A program made the translations under genes and the position numbers. A DNA stretch of 12,743 nucleotides from Candidatus Brocadiia bacterium. Lineage in GTDB: Bacteria > Planctomycetota > Brocadiia > SM23-32. How positions within the stretch are numbered: the stretch's first letter is position 1; each line of letters begins with the position of its first letter. The notes beneath the pieces were generated by a model that saw only the letters and a list, made by a program, of their open reading frames with translations, made no database searches and was not told the origin of the DNA. Where the stretch lies: assembly GCA_046538485.1 (NCBI GenBank), contig JBKHIT010000096.1, forward strand, positions 1 through 12,743. The letters run 5' to 3'. Of this stretch, positions 1 to 7,279 are shown in pieces.

Positions 1-2
1 TT

Positions 3-1994
3 GAAGTGGGCGATACTGTTGAAGTCCTGCTCGAAGATGTGGAAGATGATGCAGGTATCGTCCAGCTTTCCAAACGAAAAGCCGACCGTATCCGGTCGTG
101 GGAACGCATTACCGGTACCTGTGAGGAAGACGACGTAGTTACAGGCCGAGTAATGCGCAAAATCAAAGGGGGACTTCTGCTGGATATCGGTGTTCCTGTC
201 TTTTTGCCCGCCAGTCAGGTGGACATCCGTAGACCCGGAGAAATTGCCGATTATATCGGCTACGATCTCACCGCAAAGATCCTCAAAATCGACGAGAACC
301 GGCGAAATATCGTGGTCAGCCGTCGTCAGCTCATCGAAAGTCAGCGTGAAGTTATGCAGGAAAGACTCTTTCCGAAATTGGTCGAAGATGAGATTCGAAC
401 CGGGAAAGTCAAAAATATCGTCGATTTCGGCGCATTTGTGGATCTCGGTGGAATCGATGGCCTGCTGCATATCACCGATATGAGCTGGGGTCGGATCAGC
501 CATCCATCCGAAATGGTTGCTATCGACGACGAAATCGAGGTTAAAATCCTGAATGTTGACCAGGAAAAAGGTAAAGTCGCCCTGGGGCTGAAACAAAAGA
601 CACCGAGTCCCTGGGAAAATATAGCCGAAAAATATCCCGTTGGTTCAACCGTCACCGGCGAAGTTGTCAACCTGATGAGTTACGGAGCTTTCGTCAAACT
701 CGAAGAAGGTGTCGAAGGTCTTGTTCATATCAGTGAGATGTCCTGGACCCGGCGTATCAATCATCCCAGCGAAGTCGTAGCCATAGGAGATATCGTTGAT
801 GTGGTCGTCCTCGATATCGATATCGAAAAAGAACAAATCAGTCTCGGGATGAAACAGACCGAAAAGAACCCCTGGGAAACCGTCAAGGAAAATTATCCTC
901 CGGAAACGAAAGTCGTCGGGCAAGTGCGGAATCTCACAAGCTACGGGGCATTCATCGAAATCGAAGAAGGTATCGACGGTCTGCTGCATGTGAACGATAT
1001 GTCCTGGACCCGCAAAGTTAACCATCCCAGCGAAGTCGTACAAAAAGGCGAAACGGTCGAGACAATGGTGCTGGAAGTCTCGCCGGAGAAACGTCGTGTC
1101 GCCCTCGGTTTAAAACAACTCGAACCGGATCCCTGGGAAGAAGAAATCCCCGGCAAGTATCAGTCCGGCGACCTGGCACGCGGCCGTATCTCCAAACTCA
1201 CCAGCTTTGGGGCGTTCGTGAAACTGGAAGACGGGCTTGAAGGCCTTCTGCATGTCAGCGAGATGAGTGACAAGAAAATTGATTCCCCCGAAGAAATCGT
1301 CGCCGAAGGTGACGTAGTGGACGTGCGCATTCTTCGTGTTGATCCCGATGAGCGCAAAATCGGGCTCAGCTTGCGCGAACAACCGGGACTCGAAGAAGAG
1401 GAGGAAGCTCCGGGTATCGTGCTGTTGAGTGACCAGCTCGAAGAGGCAGAAAATCCCGAGGAAATGGTCGAGGAGGCCATGGACGAAGCACCCCAACATC
1501 AGGAGTCTTCCGGGGAAACTGATATTTCGTCAGGTCCGCCTCGTGCCGCTTCCTCAAACCTGGATATTCCCCGCGAGGTGGCTGGATCGACCGAAGAAGA
1601 AGTCTCTGAAGAAACGGAAGACGAGGGCGAAATCGAGACGGAAACTGAAGAGGAAGCAGAGGAGAGCCCCGAAATCGATGAGGAAACGCTTCCTGCCCCC
1701 GAAGCTGTCCTCGAAGAAGAATCAGAAAAGGAAGCGGAAGAATCTCCGGAACAAGAAGAAAGCGTCCCCGAACCCCCGGAACCGGAAGAGAAAGAGGAAG
1801 CCGGGGAGCCTCCCCCCCTTCCCGAGGATATGCCGGTGGCCGACGAAACAGTTCCAGAAGATGAAGAAGTGCCGCCTCCGCCCTCGGATGAATCTGAAGC
1901 CGAATCCCCCGAATTGAATGAAACGGAAGAGGATACGGAAGAAGAAATCGAAGAGGTGGAACAAGAAGGGGAAAGCGACGAAGACACCGCATGA
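3..1994 (+). CDS. rpsA: 30S ribosomal protein S1 (5'-partial), with long acidic C-terminal extension
   Basis: Repeated S1 domains (G.V.N...FGAFV.L..GIDGLLH.S.MSW.R..HP.E) and typical S1 segments FLPASQVD and NIVVSRR. The frame is open from the window edge and begins in the middle of the first S1 domain, so the true start lies upstream. Stop TGA at 1992-1994. Confidence 0.97.
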   Translation, partial: EVGDTVEVLLEDVEDDAGIVQLSKRKADRIRSWERITGTCEEDDVVTGRVMRKIKGGLLLDIGVPVFLPASQVDIRRPGEIADYIGYDLTAKILKIDENRRNIVVSRRQLIESQREVMQERLFPKLVEDEIRTGKVKNIVDFGAFVDLGGIDGLLHITDMSWGRISHPSEMVAIDDEIEVKILNVDQEKGKVALGLKQKTPSPWENIAEKYPVGSTVTGEVVNLMSYGAFVKLEEGVEGLVHISEMSWTRRINHPSEVVAIGDIVDVVVLDIDIEKEQISLGMKQTEKNPWETVKENYPPETKVVGQVRNLTSYGAFIEIEEGIDGLLHVNDMSWTRKVNHPSEVVQKGETVETMVLEVSPEKRRVALGLKQLEPDPWEEEIPGKYQSGDLARGRISKLTSFGAFVKLEDGLEGLLHVSEMSDKKIDSPEEIVAEGDVVDVRILRVDPDERKIGLSLREQPGLEEEEEAPGIVLLSDQLEEAENPEEMVEEAMDEAPQHQESSGETDISSGPPRAASSNLDIPREVAGSTEEEVSEETEDEGEIETETEEEAEESPEIDEETLPAPEAVLEEESEKEAEESPEQEESVPEPPEPEEKEEAGEPPPLPEDMPVADETVPEDEEVPPPPSDESEAESPELNETEEDTEEEIEEVEQEGESDEDTA

Positions 1995-2076
1995 GACCGC
2001 CGCGGCTTGTCGGCGGACTATGTCTCGGGGATATTTCCTCACATCACCGACCTTTTCCCGATAATAACCGCAGAAG

Positions 2077-2925
2077 ATGCCCAAAAGATCACGTGGCAAA
2101 TCAGGTCTACAAAAATACCTGTCCCGCATTGGAGAATATGAGCTTCTCAATCGGGAACAAGAACAAAAATTGTCGCGTCAGTACCGGAATGAAGGGAATA
2201 CAAAAGCTCGGGAAGAATTGATTGTTCGAAACCTCAGACTCGTTGTCAGTATCGCAAAGAGGTTTCAGGGACGGGGCGTTCCGCTTGTGGATCTCATCGA
2301 AGAGGGCAACATCGGACTGATGCGGGCGATCGAACGTTTCGATCCGGATCGGGGTAATCGCTTCAGCACATTTGCCACGTGGTGGATCGAGCGATCAGTG
2401 CGGCGCGCGATTTCTTCGAGCGCCCGAACCGTCCGGCTTCCCGCCTACATGTTCGAAATGGTTGCCCGAGCGAAACAAACCGCATTGAAACTGGAAGATG
2501 AGCTCGGTCGGGCCCCCACAATGGACGAAGTGGCCCGGCGTATGCAGTTGAAAAAGGGAACAGCTGTTCTGCTCAAACGGGCAATGAAAGCGCGCACCAC
2601 GAGCCTCTCAACGCCTGTTAAAAAAGATGGCGAATATGGCACGACTCTCGGAAACCTGCTCGAAGACCACGATTCGCCTTCGCCGGCAGAAGCAGCTCTC
2701 GGCGAGATGGAACGTGAACGGCTGCACCGAATGATAAATTCCATAAATGAACGAGAAAGTAAAATACTGGCGCTCCGGTTCGGACTTGAACACGATCCTC
2801 CAAAAACACTGAGCGAAATAGGAGACATCCTCGGGCTGAGTCGGGAACGCATACGGCAACTTGAAAAGCGAGCCCTTGAAAAGCTCAAATCGGTGATGGA
2901 ACCCGAAGAGGCTCCCGGTCAATAA
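2077..2925 (+). CDS. RNA polymerase sigma factor, sigma-70 family (RpoD/SigA/RpoS-like, lacking region 1.1)
   Basis: Region 1.2 LQKYLSRIG..LL..EQE; region 2 NLRLVVSIAKRF, DLIEEGNIGLMRAIERFDP.RG.RFST.ATWWI; region 3 SLSTPV; region 4 helix-turn-helix TLSEIGDILGLSRERIRQLEKRALEKL. 282 aa. Confidence 0.95.
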   Translation: MPKRSRGKSGLQKYLSRIGEYELLNREQEQKLSRQYRNEGNTKAREELIVRNLRLVVSIAKRFQGRGVPLVDLIEEGNIGLMRAIERFDPDRGNRFSTFATWWIERSVRRAISSSARTVRLPAYMFEMVARAKQTALKLEDELGRAPTMDEVARRMQLKKGTAVLLKRAMKARTTSLSTPVKKDGEYGTTLGNLLEDHDSPSPAEAALGEMERERLHRMINSINERESKILALRFGLEHDPPKTLSEIGDILGLSRERIRQLEKRALEKLKSVMEPEEAPGQ

Positions 2926-2955
2926 ACAATTTTGCTTCCAGGAGAGGTAATTAAC

Positions 2956-3480
2956 GTGATCGACCTGAAAGACTGCATTCGTAGCCTGCCCGATTTCCCG
3001 GAAAAAGGCATTGTATTCCGGGATATCACCACCCTGCTTAAAGACGGCGAAGCCCTCCGCCAGGCCGTCGATCAGTTGGCCGAACCTTTTTCAAAACGGC
3101 CCATCGATCTCGTCACGGGAATCGAGGCCCGGGGGTTTATTCTCGGCCCTGCGGTTGCCTGTCAGCTTGGAGCCGGATTCGTGCCCATCCGCAAGAGCGG
3201 TAAACTGCCCGCCGAAACACTAGAAAAGACCTATGAACTTGAATACGGGACAGACTCTCTTGCTATGCATGTTGACGCAATTGAAGATGGCGAAACCGTC
3301 CTGATGGTGGATGATCTGCTCGCTACAGGAGGAACAATGGAAGCTTCATGCGAAATGGTGGAGCAAGTGGGGGGGAAAATCGCGGGGTGTGCCTTTCTGG
3401 TAGAACTGAGTTTTTTGCAGGGGCGCGAAAAACTCGTAGGATACGATATTCACAGCCTGATCGACTTCGAAAGCGAGTGA
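2956..3480 (+). CDS. apt: Adenine phosphoribosyltransferase
   Basis: IRSLPDFPEKGIVFRDITTLL, GIEARGF, RKSGKLP, YELEYG and PRPP-binding VDDLLATGGT motifs. GTG at 2956 chosen because GGAGAGG (2941-2947) precedes it; the ORF track starts at TTG 2932. Confidence 0.96.
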   Translation: MIDLKDCIRSLPDFPEKGIVFRDITTLLKDGEALRQAVDQLAEPFSKRPIDLVTGIEARGFILGPAVACQLGAGFVPIRKSGKLPAETLEKTYELEYGTDSLAMHVDAIEDGETVLMVDDLLATGGTMEASCEMVEQVGGKIAGCAFLVELSFLQGREKLVGYDIHSLIDFESE

Positions 3481-3502
3481 AACGCCTGCGAAAAACTGAG
3501 GA

Positions 3503-3856
3503 TTACTGTTCGGAAGAATCAGTCTCGCCGGAGAGCAAAAGCAGGGAACTCTCCAGTTCTTTCATCTCGTCCTGAAGTGCTCCCATTTTTTCTCTCAACT
3601 CAGGGGGGATTTCTTCTTCTGAACCTTTGAGGTCTTCTAATTCCTCTTCAATCCTGCTCACATTCTTCAGGATCCGACTGATTTGCGCTTGCTCCAACGC
3701 ACTGGTCGACGCTTTTTTCGCTTGTATCTTTTTTTTCACTTCCCGGATTTCCCCCTCCAACTTCAGGTTATTTCCCGCGTTCCACACAGCGATTATACAT
3801 GCAAGAAACGCAAGGATCAGACATGTGATCCACGCCATCAAATTTGCCGTGTTCAA
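3503..3856 (-). CDS. Hypothetical protein with N-terminal transmembrane/signal helix and coiled coil
   Basis: Hydrophobic stretch LMAWITCLILAFLACIIAVW followed by an E/K/L-rich heptad-like segment. The TTG start overlaps the ABC gene stop (TTGA) and has GGAGG about 7 nt upstream. Confidence 0.7.
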   Translation of the reverse strand: MNTANLMAWITCLILAFLACIIAVWNAGNNLKLEGEIREVKKKIQAKKASTSALEQAQISRILKNVSRIEEELEDLKGSEEEIPPELREKMGALQDEMKELESSLLLLSGETDSSEQ

Positions 3857-5859
3857 ATTTCTTCCTCCCTTTCCCCTTCAGACATAGAATTGCTGTTCTT
3901 CTGATCCGTCCCGAGGTTCGCAGCTTCTCCTTTATTGTCACGGGATTGAGAAAACTGAATTCGATGGAGCTTGGCGTATTCACCTCGCATTTTGAGCAAT
4001 TCGCTGTGGCTACCGTGTTCGACGATCCGCCCATTCTTCAGAACAACGATCCGATCCGCAAACCGGACTGTGGAAAGCCGGTGGGCAATGACAAATGTCG
4101 TTCGCCCTTCCATCAAAACCTCCAAAGCTTTCTGAACCTGTTGTTCCGATTCGCTATCCAGATTGGAGGTCGCCTCATCCAGTATGAGAATCGGAGCATC
4201 TTTTAGCAAGGCTCTCGCAATCGTAATGCACTGGCGCTGGCCGCCCGAGAAACGCGAGCCTTTCTCACCGACCACGGTATTGTAACCTTCTGGTAAACTG
4301 GAGACGAACTCATGGGCCTGGGCGGCTTTGGCAGCAGCGATTACATCATCCTGTGAAGCATCCCGACGCCCGTAGCGAATATTTTCTTCAACTGTTCGGT
4401 TGAACAGAAATGGATGTTGTCCGACGATAGCAATTTGGTTTAACAGACTCTCATGGGACACGTTGCGAAGATCCTGTCCGTCAATTTCTACCGCACCTCG
4501 CAGGGGGTCATAAAACCGGGGAATCAGATCCAGCATCGTCGATTTCCCGGCCCCCGTTTCCCCCACCAGAGCACAAACAGTACCCGCTTCGACCTCCAGA
4601 TCAATATCTTTCAGCACATAATCTTCGTCCTCGTAAGCAAACCATACATGATTGAAGCAAATGTCCTCGTCAACAGACTTCAGTTCGGCGGCATCCGGCG
4701 CATCTTGAATTGTTGTTTGCTGATCGACCAATTCAAAGATGCGTTCAAACGCTCCCAAATTTTGACGCAGCTTGCTGTACACTTTAACAATGCGCTTGAG
4801 AGAACGTGGAACTGCAGATACCGCCGCAACCACCACGACAAGAGTTTTTATGTCAATCATCTGTTTATTTATTAAATATTGTGCCACAAACAATAAGGCT
4901 CCGATACCAATCGCAGCAGCCGCCTGTGGAAGTGAGTCTGCCCATGCCCGGTCGCGTACCAGTTTCATGGCTCGAGACACTTGTCTTTGATTACGTTCCC
5001 GAAATTCCTCAACTTCCTGCTCTTCCATACCGAAAGATTTGACAACTCTTATGCCACTGAACATCTGACTGATAGCTTCAGTGATATCCCCAAACCGTTC
5101 CAAGGTCTTGCGACCATGTCTCTGAATGCGTTTCCCGTAGCGGCTCATTACAAGCCCAATTATCGGAGCAACCGCGATAACAACCAATGTCAGAAGCCAG
5201 CTGTGATAAAAAGCGATCGACAGAAAAACCAAAATCTGGATAGGATGTTTGAAAACATCCTTAAAAAGCATCTTTGCCGCGCCTCGAGTCGTGCTGATGT
5301 CGTTTGTCAATCGGCTTATCAAATCGCCAGTCCGACGGCCTGCGAAAAACGCGAGAGGCAACCGGGAAAGTCTCTCAAAAACAGTTACCCGAACCGAAGC
5401 CATCGTTTTCCAAATCACACGTTCCGTGCAGAAAGTTTCAAGAAATGCAAAGATTACCCACAAAGGTGCTATCAGAGCGACGATCACGACAGCTATGTGG
5501 GCCAGTTGCTCCGGTCCTGGCCCTACATATTCCAACAGATTTCTGATAGGACCCCACTGTCGTATCTTCTCCCCAATTTTCCCCTTTACCTCTTCGACGC
5601 CTTCCGAAACGGGATCGGCTATCTCCTGGGGTTCTTCACTTTGTGATGCAGGCGCTACTGCAGCAGTCTGATGCTCTCGCTGCATCTGACCTACCATCCC
5701 CTCAAGAACCGGCCTCAGCAACAACACAAGTGATCCCCACAAAGCCGATGTCAAAGTCATGGCAACAACAGCCACAATCATCAACTTCCACTGGGGCAAG
5801 GCAAATCTGTAAAAGCGTTTGACCAGACTCAACTGTTCCCGCAGGGGTGATTTATACAT
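3853..5859 (-). CDS. ABC exporter, fused TMD+NBD (MsbA/lipid A flippase-like)
   Basis: N-terminal TM helices with the exporter motif FFAGRRTGDLISRLTND; Walker A GETGAGKST, signature FSGGQRQ, Walker B ILILDEATS.LD, H-loop IAHRLST. Confidence 0.95.
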   Translation of the reverse strand: MYKSPLREQLSLVKRFYRFALPQWKLMIVAVVAMTLTSALWGSLVLLLRPVLEGMVGQMQREHQTAAVAPASQSEEPQEIADPVSEGVEEVKGKIGEKIRQWGPIRNLLEYVGPGPEQLAHIAVVIVALIAPLWVIFAFLETFCTERVIWKTMASVRVTVFERLSRLPLAFFAGRRTGDLISRLTNDISTTRGAAKMLFKDVFKHPIQILVFLSIAFYHSWLLTLVVIAVAPIIGLVMSRYGKRIQRHGRKTLERFGDITEAISQMFSGIRVVKSFGMEEQEVEEFRERNQRQVSRAMKLVRDRAWADSLPQAAAAIGIGALLFVAQYLINKQMIDIKTLVVVVAAVSAVPRSLKRIVKVYSKLRQNLGAFERIFELVDQQTTIQDAPDAAELKSVDEDICFNHVWFAYEDEDYVLKDIDLEVEAGTVCALVGETGAGKSTMLDLIPRFYDPLRGAVEIDGQDLRNVSHESLLNQIAIVGQHPFLFNRTVEENIRYGRRDASQDDVIAAAKAAQAHEFVSSLPEGYNTVVGEKGSRFSGGQRQCITIARALLKDAPILILDEATSNLDSESEQQVQKALEVLMEGRTTFVIAHRLSTVRFADRIVVLKNGRIVEHGSHSELLKMRGEYAKLHRIQFSQSRDNKGEAANLGTDQKNSNSMSEGEREEEI

Positions 5860-6260
5860 TGTCTCTGGTATCTAAAAAGCTACGCTCGATTTCCACAATA
5901 TTCTTCCCGCCTACGCCCGCTCCAGCGCTAAAGGAAAGACAGCCGGAAATCCGGATCGAACAACACGAACTAACGGAACTTCTGGACTGCATAAACTCCA
6001 AGGGGCTTTCCTGAAAAACCGGACAAAGCTACAAAATTCGGTTAATCTTTTGGAGCAGAGAAAATAGAAAACCCTGCTGTTCCCAAATATCATAAAGGAT
6101 AAACCCCGCGCATTTGCAACTGCCACCGCGAAAAATATCAGAAATACCGCACGGAGGCGAACTCCCGGCCTTTAATGTAGGAAGCTGATACCCTGGGGAG
6201 ATTGATGGCCCTCATCGAGGTCAACAGCAGAAAGCGCCGGGCCTTTGGAGCAATGCGGTA

Positions 6261-7058
6261 TTATTCAGAACTGTCCTCAGAATTCCTCTGGAAATCACGG
6301 CCGATTCCAGCAGCCCGGCGAGCCTGCGCCCACGAGCCGAAATACTTTACTGCGGCACTATAGAGAGCAGAGTGCTGCTTCCGCATCGCCGGGGCTGCCA
6401 GTTTCTCGCCCTCCTTGCCCAAATTCTTAATTTCTTTTTTTATAATTTGCTTGCTCCACCGCCTTCGTTTATAAACTTCATCAGGATCGACACCGGCGGC
6501 TTCCAACGCTTTGTCCCAGCCCTGGAATCTTTTTAGTGCTGCGTTGAACAACCTGCAATCGTCTTCCTGCATCGCTTTTGAATTCAGCGGGAGCCCTTTT
6601 CGTTTGCGTTCGCGGATCCTGCGGAGTACTTTCTCACGATTCCACGATTCGTAACGTCGAACCTCTGAAGGATCAACGCCCGCAGCCCTGAGAGTTGCAT
6701 CCCAACTCCCAAAACGCGAGCTGCGAATTGCTGCATAAGCCACACCCGAATATTCCGGATCCCCCGAGACATTGGTCCAGGAAAGGTCAACTCCTTTTTC
6801 ATAAGCTTCCTGGACAACCTCAACGACAACTTCTTTTGTCCACTTAGGAATCCGGCGCACTTCTCCCTCATAATCCAGCCCCGCTGCCTCAACAGCATCC
6901 TTCCAGCTTCCGAAATGATAATTCGCAGCACTCAGCAAATCGGGCAATTCTTCTGCCACCCGATTGTAGGAAAGTTCATCGCCCCGGTCTTCCAAACGTT
7001 GTATGTGTTCGACAATTTTCTTACAATTCCATTGTGCTGCGGAAGAATCTCCACACAT
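6261..7058 (-). CDS. Tandem-repeat protein with four ~63-aa 'FGSW..A..AAG' repeats (resembles homing-endonuclease-associated repeat), no nuclease domain
   Basis: Repeats begin at W10, W73, W139 and W201, each ending in ..AA...F(G/Q)(S/G)W..A..AAG(L/V/I). GGAG lies about 7 nt upstream of the ATG, and there is a dedicated upstream promoter. Confidence 0.85.
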   Translation of the reverse strand: MCGDSSAAQWNCKKIVEHIQRLEDRGDELSYNRVAEELPDLLSAANYHFGSWKDAVEAAGLDYEGEVRRIPKWTKEVVVEVVQEAYEKGVDLSWTNVSGDPEYSGVAYAAIRSSRFGSWDATLRAAGVDPSEVRRYESWNREKVLRRIRERKRKGLPLNSKAMQEDDCRLFNAALKRFQGWDKALEAAGVDPDEVYKRRRWSKQIIKKEIKNLGKEGEKLAAPAMRKQHSALYSAAVKYFGSWAQARRAAGIGRDFQRNSEDSSE

Positions 7059-7186
7059 ACTTTGTCTCCGCTCCTTCGGGCGCTCCTCAGTCAGGTGCTC
7101 ACCCTTACATTACCCGGGCACCTCCCCCCGGCAATTCAAAGAGTGCTTAATAAAGAGTAACTCTAACAGATGCCACCCATCTTAAA

Positions 7187-7215
7187 AAAATACCATACAA
7201 ACTATTGCCTGTCAA
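7187..7215 (-). promoter_or_regulatory. Sigma-70-type promoter for the repeat-protein gene
   Basis: Minus strand reads TTGACA (7215-7210), a 17-nt spacer, then TATTTT (7192-7187) preceded by TGn (extended -10). Confidence 0.65.
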
Positions 7216-7279
7216 ACAAAGGCCGCTTTTTTGCTCCTTTCCCCATCTGGTTCTATTCTGAAACCACAGCCCCGATGAA

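Noticed and set aside
1997..2016. GC hairpin after the rpsA stop as an intrinsic terminator
   Set aside because: It has a six-bp stem but no following U-tract.
190..2221. Many alternative-frame and antisense ORFs over rpsA (e.g. 1366..1992 -, 1429..1917 +, 1499..1987 -, 1991..2221 +)
   Set aside because: These are shadows of the GAA-rich coding strand (poly-Ser, Phe/Leu or Lys/Arg reads) with no recognisable domains.
3627..5671. Plus-strand ORFs antisense to the ABC transporter and small membrane gene (e.g. 4981..5646)
   Set aside because: They fully overlap well-supported minus-strand genes and have no motifs.
5911..6126. 71-aa minus-strand ORF in the intergenic region
   Set aside because: No SD, atypical composition and no recognisable motif; more likely promoter/UTR sequence of the ABC gene.
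7062..7095. CCGAAGGAGC in the repeat-gene leader resembling a glycine riboswitch segment
   Set aside because: The downstream CUCUCAGG element and the rest of the aptamer are missing, and the motif runs directly into the SD.
7120..7150. GAGTGCTTAA as a CIRCE (HrcA) half-site
   Set aside because: The matching TTAGCACTC arm 9 nt upstream is absent.
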